Shown here: one piece after another, positions 41,651 through 52,250 of the stretch
How positions within the stretch are numbered: position 1 is the stretch's first letter
How the letters are laid out: every line of letters begins with the position of its first letter
DNA from: an uncultured bacterium
Lineage (GTDB): Bacteria > Chloroflexota > UBA5177 > JANWHV01
DNA length: 64,000 nucleotides
Assembly (NCBI GenBank): GCA_963729625.1
Contig: CAVSOU010000008.1
Coordinates: forward strand, 960,001-1,024,000
Direction: 5' to 3'
The notes under the pieces: generated by a model
Told to the model about the DNA's origin: nothing
The model's input: only the letters and a program-made list of their open reading frames with translations
Databases searched by the model: none
Position numbers and translations under genes: made by a program

Positions 41651-42616
41651 GTGGCGCCGCCAGCCCTCGACTGCCATTGCGGCCATCCGCCTAATGCCCG
41701 CCTAATGCTCGGGTGCTATACTCGGCCCGTCACGCTGAAATGCACGAGCTTGCCAGGCCTGGTTCGGCCGCGCCGCGACTCGCCGGCCGGTGATCGACGG
41801 GCAAATGGAGAGGGTCGGAATCCATGGCAGAAGGAAGCAGAATCAAGAATTCGCAGCGGTAGTGGACGCCAGCACGGCCCGGAAGCAGACGGACCGATCC
41901 CGTCGGTCTTCTCCATTCTCCTTGCGACACTCGCACTCGTGCTGGCAACAAGCACCGCCGGCTGCTCGATCGGAGGGGGCGGCTCCAACGGCGCCGCCGC
42001 CACGCCGACACCGCGACCGCCGACTCCCCGGCCGGCCCCCACGCGCGTCGTGGTGGCCCAGCCGGCTGTCTGGAAGGTCATTGCGCCACCCGGTCCCGGG
42101 CAGCTCCCGGTGGCGCCGCCGAAAGGCAGCTATCCGTTTGCACGAAGCTTCGGCGGCCTGCTCGTCTACGTGCCCGGCACCCTGGCGCCGGTGCCCGCCT
42201 CGTGGCAGACGTACAGCAACGTCATGCGCGGCGTCAACATGTCGTACCCGCCGCGCTGGATCCAGCAGGGGGTTGCCGGCGCGGACGGCGCGCTCTTCCT
42301 CCCGCCGCCAACGACACAATCGCGTTCACAGCCGGGCGGACCACCGGCCATCGGAGTCCTGTGGTCGGCCGGCGCGGCCGGCGCGCGCAAGGCCGTCCCG
42401 CTTCCGGCGCTTGGCGACGGCATGGTGCTTGATGGCGGCATCATCAGCGCCGGGAAGGTCAGCGGCCACCTCTACACCATCGGCGGCACACCCGGCGTGG
42501 CAGCGAGGGTCGAGGTGCCCGCGAAGGGCGGCATGGTCACGCTGTTTGTTCGCGCCGACGATCCGGCCATGCTCGACGTGTTTCGCCAGATGCTTTCTTC
42601 CTTGCGGGTGGGGTGA
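41651..42616 (+). CDS. putative lipoprotein (true start likely downstream of 41722)
   Basis: Hydrophobic stretch ending LATSTAGC, P/T linker, WQTYSN...MSYPPRW (PsbP-like start). The nominal ORF start lies upstream of promoter #10. Confidence 0.65.
   Translation: MAPPALDCHCGHPPNARLMLGCYTRPVTLKCTSLPGLVRPRRDSPAGDRRANGEGRNPWQKEAESRIRSGSGRQHGPEADGPIPSVFSILLATLALVLATSTAGCSIGGGGSNGAAATPTPRPPTPRPAPTRVVVAQPAVWKVIAPPGPGQLPVAPPKGSYPFARSFGGLLVYVPGTLAPVPASWQTYSNVMRGVNMSYPPRWIQQGVAGADGALFLPPPTTQSRSQPGGPPAIGVLWSAGAAGARKAVPLPALGDGMVLDGGIISAGKVSGHLYTIGGTPGVAARVEVPAKGGMVTLFVRADDPAMLDVFRQMLSSLRVG
41690..41722 (+). promoter_or_regulatory. direct-repeat box plus extended -10 (#10)
   Basis: CCTAATG CCCG CCTAATG CTCGGGTGC TATACT. 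Confidence 0.88.
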
Positions 42617-42619
42617 GCC

Positions 42620-45184
42620 ATGCGCCACAATGCTCTGTCTTCAAGGAACCAGCGCCTCTCGACCGGCGACGCACATCTGCGTGACGCAGTCGGAGGCCTG
42701 TTCTGCTTCCCTCATGAGCGTATGTCTTCTGTGAGCAGGATTCTTCTTGCATGCGCTCGCGGCGCTTGCCGATCGGCAAGAATAGAAGAGAAGGGCTGGC
42801 GGGGACACCCCGCGCCCCGGCGGTGGCTTGCAGCCCCCTGCACCCCTGCTTCTGGGACGATACGTGCCTTTGCAAGGGTCTGCCTCCTGGTGGCTATGTT
42901 GGTCGTCGCGGCCCCTGCGCCAAGCAGCGCCGCCGGCGAGCTCGGTCACGCCGCCGCCACGGCGACGGCCAGGCCCGCGCGGCATCCCGCCACGGCGACA
43001 GCCGGACTCACGCGGCATCCCGCCGCGCACCAGCCGGCAGCGCACGCGCCCGCCCCGGCGAGCCCGGATTTGCTCGCGACGATTCTCGTCGTGGACGAGC
43101 ATGCCCTGAATAGCGCCGCCTCCGGCGTGGCTGCCGCGACCATGATCCTCGACTACTACATTCGAACCGTGCCCGGCCGTCGAGCGTTGCCTGCTGTATC
43201 AGCCATCGCGGTATACGTGCCTGAATGGGATTGGGCGCCGGGCCAGCCCGCCGGCGTCACTCCAGATACTCTGCGGCATGGTCTGGCCGGGGCGAGCCAG
43301 GCGGCGTCCGTGCACGCGCCCTTCCCGCTCACCACCACCTGGCATCAGACGGACAGTAGGGGTTGGTACGCGCGCCTGGGCGACGAGCTCGCCAGGCGCC
43401 ACCCCGTGATCGTGCTGCTCGCGGACGGCGGCCCGCTGTGGGCAGGCGCGTGGCACGCCGCGCACTTTATCGTGGTCTCCGGACTGGACCACGGAAACGT
43501 GCTCTACCACGATCCCTGGGATGGTCACGGGCATGCATTGCCCCGTTCGGCGTTCGCCGCCGTGTGGGGCGCTTCCCTGCTCGGCAATCAGCCGTGGTGG
43601 TATCTGTCCGCGGTGCCTGCTTCCGACGCCGTGGCCCGAGCCACGGCCGCGGCGCTGAGAACCAGCATCGCCGCCACCGCCACCGCTGCGGCCCGACCAA
43701 CGGCCACGATTGCACCCGCGAAGACGGCCCGGACCACCGGCACGGCGTCACCGGCGGTGCGGGGCAGCCGCACGCCCACCGCTTGGCGATCTGGCACGCC
43801 CACGTCGAAAGCCAAGTCCAAGGCGACTCCGACGCGGCGGCCAAAGCCTACCGCGCGACCGAAGCCGCGGCCCAGGCCAACCGCGCGGCCTACCGCGACA
43901 CCCAGGCCGGGCGTACGGGTGATGTACGTGTCGGTACCGCCGCCGGTCTTCCGCGCGGCAGGTGCGAATCTTCGCGCGCAGCCCAGCACGCAGTCGCCGG
44001 TCGCCACCATCGTGTTCGCCGGCCAGGCGGTCATGGCGCGCACGCCGCCGGTGATCGGTCCGGACGGTCAGCCGTGGTACCAGGTGACCTACAACGGCGT
44101 CACCGGCTACATCCTGGGCAGCTTGCTGACCACCACACCGCTGCCTACCGGCCCCGTGTTTGCCGAGCTTCCCGTGCCGACCGCGAACAGCGAGCCCGAC
44201 CGCATCATCGCCGGGCCGGGCGGCGATTTCTGGTTCGTGGAGATCTCCGGCCGCCAGATCGGCCGAATCAACCACGAGACCGGCTTCACCGAATATCCCG
44301 TGCCCGCCGATACGGGGTATCCGGCCGGCATCGTGGCGAGCACGGACGGTAATCTGTGGTTCACCGATCCCAAGAGCGACCACATCGACCGAATCACGTC
44401 CAGCGGTCATGTCGACGAGTACGACACTCCGTCGGATGGCGGCGATCCCCTGAGCATCGCCGTCGCGCGGGACGGATCGCTCTGGTACACATCGCCCACC
44501 AACGACGAAATCGTGGAGCTCGGCAACGGCGGCACGAACGTCTACCCCCTGCCCTACCCGAAGAGCAACCCGCAGCATATCACGCTCGGGCCGGACGGTA
44601 ACCTGTGGTTCACGGAGACCGAACACAACGCGATCGGTGAGATCACGCCAGGCGGGCAGATCAGCGAATACAACATCCCCAATCCCGAGAGCGGGCCGTG
44701 GGACATTACCGCCGGGCCGGACGGCAACCTGTGGTTCACCTGCGGCGGATCCAATCAGATCGGGCGCATCTCGACCGGCGGCGACATCGTCATGTTCCTC
44801 ATACCGACACTCGCCAGCAACGTGAGCAGGATCACCGCGGGGCCGGACGGAAACCTCTGGTTCACCGAGGCCGACGGCAACAAAATCGGCCGCATCACCC
44901 TGGACGGGCAGATTACCGAGTGGCCGGTGCCGACCCCGAAGAGCAACCCCGGCGGCATCGTGGTGGACCAGGACGGCACGGTGTGGTTCACCGAGCAGGA
45001 CGCGAATCAGATCGGGCAGTTGTATTTCCGCCAGCCTGCCCCGGTGCCGGAGCTTCCCACTGCCACCGCGGCGCCGAACCCAACGAACACGCCTGAGGGA
45101 CCGGGTCCGCGCGACATCGCCACGGCGACGGCGATGCCGGGAACTCCGACAGCAACACCGGGCGGGGGCCCGAGTCGAAGGTAA
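42620..45184 (+). CDS. secreted C39-like (Cys to Ser), SH3b-like, Vgb-type beta-propeller protein
   Basis: SGVAAATMILDYY...HFIVVSG...YHDPW; ANLRAQPST...WYQVTYNGVTGYI; repeated ITAGPDGNLWFTE..N.IGRIT. Start uncertain. Confidence 0.8.
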   Translation: MRHNALSSRNQRLSTGDAHLRDAVGGLFCFPHERMSSVSRILLACARGACRSARIEEKGWRGHPAPRRWLAAPCTPASGTIRAFARVCLLVAMLVVAAPAPSSAAGELGHAAATATARPARHPATATAGLTRHPAAHQPAAHAPAPASPDLLATILVVDEHALNSAASGVAAATMILDYYIRTVPGRRALPAVSAIAVYVPEWDWAPGQPAGVTPDTLRHGLAGASQAASVHAPFPLTTTWHQTDSRGWYARLGDELARRHPVIVLLADGGPLWAGAWHAAHFIVVSGLDHGNVLYHDPWDGHGHALPRSAFAAVWGASLLGNQPWWYLSAVPASDAVARATAAALRTSIAATATAAARPTATIAPAKTARTTGTASPAVRGSRTPTAWRSGTPTSKAKSKATPTRRPKPTARPKPRPRPTARPTATPRPGVRVMYVSVPPPVFRAAGANLRAQPSTQSPVATIVFAGQAVMARTPPVIGPDGQPWYQVTYNGVTGYILGSLLTTTPLPTGPVFAELPVPTANSEPDRIIAGPGGDFWFVEISGRQIGRINHETGFTEYPVPADTGYPAGIVASTDGNLWFTDPKSDHIDRITSSGHVDEYDTPSDGGDPLSIAVARDGSLWYTSPTNDEIVELGNGGTNVYPLPYPKSNPQHITLGPDGNLWFTETEHNAIGEITPGGQISEYNIPNPESGPWDITAGPDGNLWFTCGGSNQIGRISTGGDIVMFLIPTLASNVSRITAGPDGNLWFTEADGNKIGRITLDGQITEWPVPTPKSNPGGIVVDQDGTVWFTEQDANQIGQLYFRQPAPVPELPTATAAPNPTNTPEGPGPRDIATATAMPGTPTATPGGGPSRR
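42801..42846. repeat. short REP/MITE-like element, copy 2
   Basis: GGGGACACCCC GCG CCCCGGCGG...GCCCCCTGCACCCC. Confidence 0.4.
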
Positions 45185-45214
45185 GCAGAGAGCATCTGTA
45201 GTGGAGGCAGGGCT

Positions 45215-47212
45215 GTGAAAAGGGCAAAGCATCCGGTTCGGTGGACCATGGGCGCGGGTACGGCGTGCCTCCTCGCCCTGCAGATCGCGACGGCTTCCAC
45301 GGCGATCGTGGGGTTATCGGGCTGCGGGCCAGATCCCACGTCGACCGCCACACCGAATACTCAGGCTACCGTTGCAGCCGCCGTGGTCATCGGCCAGGCT
45401 ACAATCAAGGCGAAGCTGGCCGACGCCGAGGCGACGATGACGGCCATGGCCACTGAGCTCAGCACGGCGACTGCCACGATCACGCTGACGCCGATTCCCA
45501 CGCCGGCGCCGATAAGCACTTATCCCTCGGCGCCCACCGTGCAGCCGACGTCCACGAGCGTGATCGCGCCAACGCAACCTGCTGCCGTCGAGCCGCCGCC
45601 CGCCGGTTCGTGGCTGATCACCACGCACGCCGTCTCGGTCAAGCCCGCGCCGATCAAGAACTGGACGGACTTGAGCTATCGGCTGGTGTTCGCGAACGCG
45701 GGCGATAAGCTCCTCGACCTCAACGACCTCCTTGCGGTAGGGAAGCTCAAGGCCGTGTGGCGTGGTCACACACCCTACGTGGGACAGATACACATGCCGG
45801 CCATCGCCCTGCCGCCGGGCTACCGTGCGCTGGGCTCCGGCCAGGTGCGCGTGCCGACCAACGCGCTCAAGCGCGGTCTCCTGTCCTTCAGCGTGGTCAC
45901 ACCCGCCGGCGAGGAGCGCGTGCCGTATGCCGCGAGCTACCCGCCGATTCCTGCCATGCCCACGGATCTTCGCGATCAGCCGGTGCTCGGCGACACGGTC
46001 AGCCTCGACAATATCGCCGACATCACGGTCACCGGCCAGGCAGTCGGCGGGTTCTACAGCTTCGCCAACGTGAGCAGCAATTGGGCGCTGAACGTGCGCT
46101 GGACCAACGAGGGGAGCGAGAACTCGACGCTCAAGCCAACCATACGCGTCATGGAGGGCGATCACATCTACAATGCAGCGGTGCAGAGCGACAGTCCGGC
46201 GCCGCTCGTCGAGGGCCACGCGATACTGCACGTGCCAATGCTCTCCAAGGGCGACCACTTCCTGGTCATTTCCGATACGGCCAGCGGCGAGTATGGGCTG
46301 TTCCGCATCAAGCCGAGCGTGCCGGCGGAGACGTGGCAGGCGACACCTCGACAGCTCGGGACAGGAGACGACATCTGGGCGGGCACGTTCACCAGCCCGA
46401 GCCAGGGCTGGCTCGCCGGCGCCGGCGGCCTCATTCTGCACACCAAGAACGGCGGCGCCACATGGAGCCCGCAGGACAGCACGACACAGGCAGACCTCTA
46501 TGGCATGCAGTTCACCGGCCCGCTCACGGGATGGGCGGTCGGCAAAGGCGGCACGATGCTGTTCACGCCGGACGGCGGCAAGCAGTGGGCCGGCGCATCG
46601 ACGGGCGTCGACAAGTTTCTCGCCGGCGTGGCGTTCGTCGACGCGAGTCACGGCTGGGTGGTCGGCGACGGCGGCACGGTCTTGCGAACCACCGATGGCG
46701 GCGACACAATCACCACGAAGTTTGGACAAGGCGCCAAATTCCTCACCGACCAGCCTCTGGTCGGAGTGGCCTATCCCGATGCAAACGACGCATGGGCCAT
46801 CGGCGGCAACGGCACCATCGTGCACACCGGCAACGGCGGCATCACCTGGTCAAGTGAGAGCAGCGGTACCCCGAATGACCTCAATGCCCTCAGCTTTGTG
46901 GACGCGAAGCATGGCTGGGTCGTCGGGAAGGGCGGCACAATCCTGTCCACCAAAGACGGCGGCGCCACGTGGACGCCGCATCCGGGCATAGCCGGCCAGG
47001 ACCTCAACGGCGTGCGATTCCAGGACGCGAAGCACGGCTGGATCGAGGGGAACGCCGGGCTCCTCCTGCATACCGTGGACGGCGGCAGGACCTGGACCGC
47101 GCTCGCCACGAACACTTCGTCGTACCTGATCGGCATGACGTTCGCCAGCTCAAGGCACGCATTCGTGGTCGGCCAGGCCGGCACGGTCATTCAGCTCGTC
47201 AGGCTGGCATAG
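45215..47212 (+). CDS. lipoprotein with C-terminal Ycf48/BNR propeller
   Basis: IVGLSGC lipobox, P/T linker, repeated GW.VG.GGTIL.T.DGG.TW. Confidence 0.82.
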   Translation: MKRAKHPVRWTMGAGTACLLALQIATASTAIVGLSGCGPDPTSTATPNTQATVAAAVVIGQATIKAKLADAEATMTAMATELSTATATITLTPIPTPAPISTYPSAPTVQPTSTSVIAPTQPAAVEPPPAGSWLITTHAVSVKPAPIKNWTDLSYRLVFANAGDKLLDLNDLLAVGKLKAVWRGHTPYVGQIHMPAIALPPGYRALGSGQVRVPTNALKRGLLSFSVVTPAGEERVPYAASYPPIPAMPTDLRDQPVLGDTVSLDNIADITVTGQAVGGFYSFANVSSNWALNVRWTNEGSENSTLKPTIRVMEGDHIYNAAVQSDSPAPLVEGHAILHVPMLSKGDHFLVISDTASGEYGLFRIKPSVPAETWQATPRQLGTGDDIWAGTFTSPSQGWLAGAGGLILHTKNGGATWSPQDSTTQADLYGMQFTGPLTGWAVGKGGTMLFTPDGGKQWAGASTGVDKFLAGVAFVDASHGWVVGDGGTVLRTTDGGDTITTKFGQGAKFLTDQPLVGVAYPDANDAWAIGGNGTIVHTGNGGITWSSESSGTPNDLNALSFVDAKHGWVVGKGGTILSTKDGGATWTPHPGIAGQDLNGVRFQDAKHGWIEGNAGLLLHTVDGGRTWTALATNTSSYLIGMTFASSRHAFVVGQAGTVIQLVRLA

Positions 47213-47290
47213 AGCAGTTGAGATGCGGGGCCGGCGCCACGCTATACTGGACGTGTCAGCTAGCCGATTCGCCGGTCAGGGAGGTACCAG

Positions 47291-47863
47291 ATGGTCGCGC
47301 AGCGCATTGAGAAGCGACCACACCACCGTTTCGCGTTTGATGAGTATCTGGCGATGGCGGAGCACGGTCTGCTCGCGCCGGAAGAACGCGTAGAGCTGAT
47401 TGACGGAGAGATCCTCGACATGAGTCCGACAGGCTGGAAGCATGACTATGTGGTGCGCCAGCTCACGACTGTGCTAAGCGCTGCCGTACCCCCGCGCGCG
47501 GCGGTAAGCCCGGCGCAGACAATGCACCTCTCGCCGAACGACGCTCCGGAGCCGGATTTTGTGATCCTTCGGCGCGAAGCGTTGGCGCTGCGACGCCACC
47601 TGCGGGCCGATGACGTGTTCGTGCTCATCGAAGTTGCCGACACGTCACTCAGCTCGGATCTCCGCGTCAAGGTGCCACTGTATGCCCGCCTCGGCATCCC
47701 GGAGACCTGGGTTGTCGACGCGAGCCACGATCGTGTCTTGCTGTACGGAAACGCCGAGCACGGAGTCTACACGGCCGAGCGCACTATCGATCGCGGCGTA
47801 CGTCTGGTGTCTTTGGTGCTGCCAGAGCTGTCCCTTGCGGTGAGCGATCTGTTTCCAGACTAG
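47291..47863 (+). CDS. Uma2 family endonuclease-like protein
   Basis: ERVELIDGEILDMSP...H...PEPD...IEVADTSL..D..VKVPLYARLGIPETWVVD; GGAGG RBS. Confidence 0.9.
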   Translation: MVAQRIEKRPHHRFAFDEYLAMAEHGLLAPEERVELIDGEILDMSPTGWKHDYVVRQLTTVLSAAVPPRAAVSPAQTMHLSPNDAPEPDFVILRREALALRRHLRADDVFVLIEVADTSLSSDLRVKVPLYARLGIPETWVVDASHDRVLLYGNAEHGVYTAERTIDRGVRLVSLVLPELSLAVSDLFPD

Positions 47864-47873
47864 ATTGTCATCG

Positions 47874-47894
47874 TCCGCGGACCACCACCGCGGA
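47874..47894. terminator. hairpin between convergent genes
   Basis: TCCGCGG-ACCACCA-CCGCGGA. Confidence 0.4.
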
Positions 47895-47920
47895 TGAAAC
47901 GCTACCCAGCTCTGTCACCA

Positions 47921-48733
47921 TCAAGCGCCGGGCGCGGAGTCCCGTGAAATCTGACGGCCACAGCCGACGCAGAAGCTGGCGTCGGGGGCGATGGGCTCGC
48001 CGCAAGCTCCACAGCGCGGCGCGGCCGCCGCCTCCGCCGGGCCCGGCTGCTCGTCCAGCGCGGCGTCCGCGGGCGCATCGCGACTGGCGGTCAGCTGTTC
48101 GGACGCCGGCTCACCGCAGATTGGTGGCGGCGGGAAAGCGACAAGCACGGTGGGCGGCCCCGCGGCAGGCTCGGATCCGTGCGTCTCGGCTATGCCCGGC
48201 GCTGAAGCCGGCACACGCGCCGGAGGTGATTGGGGCACACCGGCGAGCGGTTGCCCACAATGCAGACAGTACCGCATGTCGCCCGGGCTCACCGTGCCGC
48301 ACGCGGAGCAGATCAGACCCGTCGGCGTTGCACGCGGCACGATGGGCGGTGCGGCCGATTCCGCCGTGGCAGGCCTGCCGCAGCGGCGACAGAAGCGCGC
48401 TTCCAGCGGGATGACCGCTCCGCAGAACGCACACTTTGGCAGTGGCTGGGCTTCCACGAATTGCTCGGTCTGTATCGCCCGAATGTCGGCCTGCAACCGC
48501 GTGACCTCTGCCTTGAGCTGGTTCATGCTCTCGCAGAGAGCCGTGACCTGCGGATGCGTGATCTCGCCACGGCCGGCGAGGTCGTAGGTCAGATACCCGA
48601 GCCGCGCCACACTCGCGCTCAACTGTTCCTGGGTGGAGGCGATGCGTGCCTGCGCACGATTCAAGCGCACGACGCGTTCCGCTTCGAAGCGGGCCCGTGC
48701 AGCCCGCCGCTTTACCTCGTCGACAAGCGCCAT
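47921..48733 (-). CDS. coiled-coil plus triple zinc-ribbon protein
   Basis: ATG 48733; helical N-terminus (LGYLTYDL), then three CxxCG...FCxxCG ribbons. Confidence 0.8.
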   Translation of the reverse strand: MALVDEVKRRAARARFEAERVVRLNRAQARIASTQEQLSASVARLGYLTYDLAGRGEITHPQVTALCESMNQLKAEVTRLQADIRAIQTEQFVEAQPLPKCAFCGAVIPLEARFCRRCGRPATAESAAPPIVPRATPTGLICSACGTVSPGDMRYCLHCGQPLAGVPQSPPARVPASAPGIAETHGSEPAAGPPTVLVAFPPPPICGEPASEQLTASRDAPADAALDEQPGPAEAAAAPRCGACGEPIAPDASFCVGCGRQISRDSAPGA

Positions 48734-49461
48734 GCGAACCCTCCAGAGAAATTCCCGGCTCTCGGGAACCTTCGCGGATCGGCACTGAGTAGGCAGCTGA
48801 CGCGATTCTCGTGCCGGCTGGCCAACAGGCGGGGTCAACGCGTCGGAGCTGCCACGCCGTACACCTCCCGCACCCGGTTGTTCAGGGTATCCGCGATGTA
48901 GAGGTTGCCCTTCCCATCGACCGCCACGCCCTCCGGAAGGCTCAGCGCCGCGCGTGTGGCCGGTCCGCCGTCGCCAGTGTGGCCAATTTGCCCGTTGCCC
49001 GCAACGGTGGCGATCACTCCGCTGCCTACGTGCACCTCTCGCACGCGGTTGTTGCCACTGTCTGCAATGAACAGGTTGCCTGAGTCGTCCACCGCCACAG
49101 CGGATGGCGAGTTCAGCCCAACCTGCGTGGCCGGCCCGCCGTCGCCGCCAAACTCTGCCAGCCCACGACCGGCCACGGTAGTGATAATGCCGCTCCCAGC
49201 GTGCACCTCCCGCACCCGATTGTCCAAGGCATCAGCCACGTAGAGGTTGCCCGCGTTGTCCACGGCAACACCGGTTGGAAGGCTTAACTTCGCCTGGTTG
49301 GCCGGCCCGCCATCCCCACCATAACCCTCCTGCCCGTCACCTGCTACCGTGGTGATGATGCCGCGACCCACGTGCACCTCGCGCACCCGGCCGTTTGGAC
49401 CTGCCCCGATTTGGTGGAGACCTGAACGCTTGGTACGTAGTCAAGTGGAGGTTCCATCATC

Positions 49462-49764
49462 GTGCCCAAGAGTCATCCCCCCTATCCACCCGAGTTCCGC
49501 GCTGAGGCCATCCGGCTGGTCCGCAACAGCGGCAGGCCGGCGGCGGAGATCGCCCGCCGGCTGGAGGTCTCGACCGAGACGCTGCGCCTGTGGGTGCGGC
49601 AAGCCGATATTGACGAAGGTCGTCGGCACGACGGCCTGACCACGCAGGAGACGGAGGAAGTGCGCCAGTTGCGGCGGGAGAACCGCATCCTGCGGGAAGA
49701 GCGGGAGATCCTGCTAAAAGCCGCGGCCTTTTTCGCCCAGGAGACCGGGATACCCCGGCGGTGA
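49462..49764 (+). CDS. IS3 transposase OrfA
   Basis: YPPEFRAEAIRL...TLRLWVRQ...LRRENRILREEREILLKAAAFFA. Confidence 0.92.
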   Translation: MPKSHPPYPPEFRAEAIRLVRNSGRPAAEIARRLEVSTETLRLWVRQADIDEGRRHDGLTTQETEEVRQLRRENRILREEREILLKAAAFFAQETGIPRR

Positions 49765-50630
49765 CGTATGCGTTCATCGCGCGCGAGAAGGCCTATGCGA
49801 TTGCCGTGCTCTGTCGCGTGCTGGGCGTCTCCCCCAGCGGCTACTATGCATGGCGGACCCGAGGTCCCTCGGCCCGGGCGGGGGCGAACGCAGCGCTGCT
49901 GGCCCGCATCCGCGCTGCGCACGAGGAGAGTCGGCGGACCTATGGGGCACCACGGATTCATGCTGACCTGGGCGCTGCCGGAGTGCGCTGCGGTCGCAAG
50001 CGCGTGGCCGGGTTGATGCGACAGGCCGGGCTGGTAGGCTGCCATCGCCGGAAGTTCGTGACGACCACCAGGCGTGCGGCGACGGCCAGAGCAGCGCCCG
50101 ACCGGGTGCAGCGGCAGTTCGTGGCCACGGTGCCCGATAGCCTCTGGACAGCGGATATCACGGCCGTCGCCACCTGGGAGGGCTTCTTGTACCTGGCCGT
50201 GGTCCTGGATGTCTATAGCCGACGCATCGTGGGCTGGGCCATGGCCGACCATCTGCGCACGGAGCTGGTGCTCGATGCCCTCACGATGGCCCTCAGGAAC
50301 CGCCATCCTGCCGCCGGGGTGATCCATCACTCCGATCATGGCAGCCAGTACACCTCTGTGGCTTTCGGCGAACGCTGTCAGTTGGCCGGTGTCCTGCCCT
50401 CCTTGGGCTCGGTCGGAGACTGCTATGACAACGCGATCACCGAAAGCTTCTTCGCCACCTTGGAGTGCGAGCTGCTGGCGCGGCAGCGCTTCCCCAGCCT
50501 GGCCAGTGCCCGCCTGGCTGTCTTCGAGTTCATCGAGGGCTTCTATAACACGCACCGCCGGCACTCCGCTCTCGGCTACCAGAGCCCCGCTGCCTACGAA
50601 CGGAGGGCCCACACATGCGCCGCGGCCTGA
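49761..50630 (+). CDS. IS3 transposase OrfB (DDE integrase core)
   Basis: YGAPRI, WTADIT, HHSDHGSQYTS, DNAITESFF, RRHSALGY; GTGA overlap with OrfA. Confidence 0.93.
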   Translation: MTYAFIAREKAYAIAVLCRVLGVSPSGYYAWRTRGPSARAGANAALLARIRAAHEESRRTYGAPRIHADLGAAGVRCGRKRVAGLMRQAGLVGCHRRKFVTTTRRAATARAAPDRVQRQFVATVPDSLWTADITAVATWEGFLYLAVVLDVYSRRIVGWAMADHLRTELVLDALTMALRNRHPAAGVIHHSDHGSQYTSVAFGERCQLAGVLPSLGSVGDCYDNAITESFFATLECELLARQRFPSLASARLAVFEFIEGFYNTHRRHSALGYQSPAAYERRAHTCAAA

Positions 50631-51665
50631 GCAGCTCCGCCCTGCCTCCATCATCGGCACCCACCGGCCGCCGTCTCCTCCCCGTGCCCGGCGAGAGCGG
50701 CGCCGTCGTGCAGGGAGCGGGGTTGACCCGCCGGCGGGGTCCCCATGCGAGGCTGCAGGGCAGCGCGGGGGGTCCTGCTCGTCCATCACCGTCTACCCCC
50801 GCGCCGCACCGACGCCGCAGCATCGGGTGCCGGCAGGGTCACACCCCCGACCGGAACAGGCGGAGCGGCCCTCCCTCGCAGGTTCTCCCACGCGGCAGAC
50901 AAAGGAGGTATCTTCATCCCAGCGACGCTATCCGATCACCCAGTCCGTATCTCTCCACTCAATCGGGGCAACTCCAGTTGCCCTCGTCCGCGATGAAGAG
51001 ATTACCCGCGCTATCAACCGCTACATCACGTGGGTAACTTAGCTCCGCCTGGGCAGCCGGCCCGCCTTCTCCGCTGTAGCCGCCCTGCGGGTTACCCGCG
51101 ACTGTAGTGATGGTCCCGCTGCGCGTGTGCACCGCTTGTACCCGATGATTCCAGAGGTCAGCAATATAGAGGTTTCCCGCCCTGTCCACTGCCACGCCGG
51201 CCGGCCCGTTCAACTCCGCCTGCGTGGCCGGGCCTCCGTCGCCAGGGTAGCCCCACCACAAAGCGCCCGCGACCCTGGTAATGGCGCCAGTTCCGGCATG
51301 CACCTCTCGGACCCAGCTGTCATCGGCGTCCGCGATGAAGACATTGCCCGCAGCGTCCACAGTTAGGCCTTCAGGTAAGTATAGCTCGGCCTGTGTGGCC
51401 GGTCCGCCGTCGCCACGATATCCACGCCGTCCATCCCCGGCTACGGTGGCGATGATGCCGTTCCCCCCGCGCACCTCTTGCACGCGCCCAGCGCCGACCA
51501 CACCGTCCGCTATATATAGATTGCCTCCACGGTCCACCGCCACGCCACTGGGGTAGCTCAGCTGCGCCAGGGCGGCTGGCCCTCCGTCGCCGCCAAAGCC
51601 GTCCTGCCCATTGCCCGCGACAGTGGTGATAGCGCCGCTGCCTGCGTAGACCTCCCGCACCCGGT

Positions 51666-52092
51666 CGTTGCCAGGAGCGGCGCCACCTCTTTCAGCAGCT
51701 TCGGCTTGGCCAGCACATTGGCGATATCGGCGCACAGGCCGGGGATCGCGGCCGCCTTGTCCGGCAGGCTGTTGGCGGCCAGGATCTTCTCGATGTCCCC
51801 GATGGGTGCGCTGTAGTCCGTTGATCCTGCCAGCTCTGCCGCCACGGCGACGAGGTCGGGCGAGGCATTCAGCACCGCAACGGGATCGACGTCCAGGCCC
51901 AGATAGATTTCGACCAGGTCGATGCCCATCACCAGCTCGTCCAGCGCCACCGCGCGCGAGGTGGTCGGATTCAGCTGCAGCAGCACCGACTGGCTGGATC
52001 CGGCGAGCGAGAGCTGCACCGTCTGCTTGGGGCCGAGCAGCCCTTGCTGCCAGAGGAGCGCCGTTGACGCGACGGCGGACTTCGCTGGATCG
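51666..52092. repeat. 427-bp near-identical direct duplicate of 54971-55397
   Basis: Same sequence from CGTTGCCAGGAGCGG to TTCGCTGGATCG; about three mismatches seen. Confidence 0.92.
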
Positions 52093-52093
52093 G

Positions 52094-52250
52094 GCGCAAC
52101 GCCGGCTGCGAAGCGCTGCTGCTTCCCTCGGCCGCACAGCTGCCCGGTGAGGATTCCCGCGTCATGGTCGTATTCGCAGACAAACTGCTCCACGGCTCCT
52201 CGCTCCGCGTGGTGCATACCGTCACACCGGATTTCACCGGCTCCTTGTAG
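52094..52250 (+). pseudogene. possible RES-domain protein C-terminal remnant
   Basis: GCEALLLPSAAQLPGEDSRVMVVFADKLLHGSSLRVV resembles the RES-domain G..ll.PSA......lvvF tail. Confidence 0.35.

Larger units (their letters stand above)
49396..50976 (+). mobile_element. IS3-family insertion sequence
   Basis: IRL TGGACCTGCCCCGATTTGGTGGAGA; IRR revcomp TGGAGTTGCCCCGATTGAGTGGAGA; 3-bp TSD GTT at 49393 and 50977. Confidence 0.93.
48835..52092 (-). pseudogene. NHL-repeat surface protein paralog, disrupted by IS3 and 5'/internal deletions
   Basis: NHL repeats on both sides of the IS; removing the IS plus one GTT restores ADEGN-GRVRE. The 5' part is a near-identical copy of the 55657 gene N-domain. 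Confidence 0.8.

Noticed and set aside
43748-46825. Long antisense ORFs (e.g. 43748-45232, 45314-46825; also 9632-11023, 49482-50789)
   Set aside because: Shadow frames of high-GC genes with no motifs.
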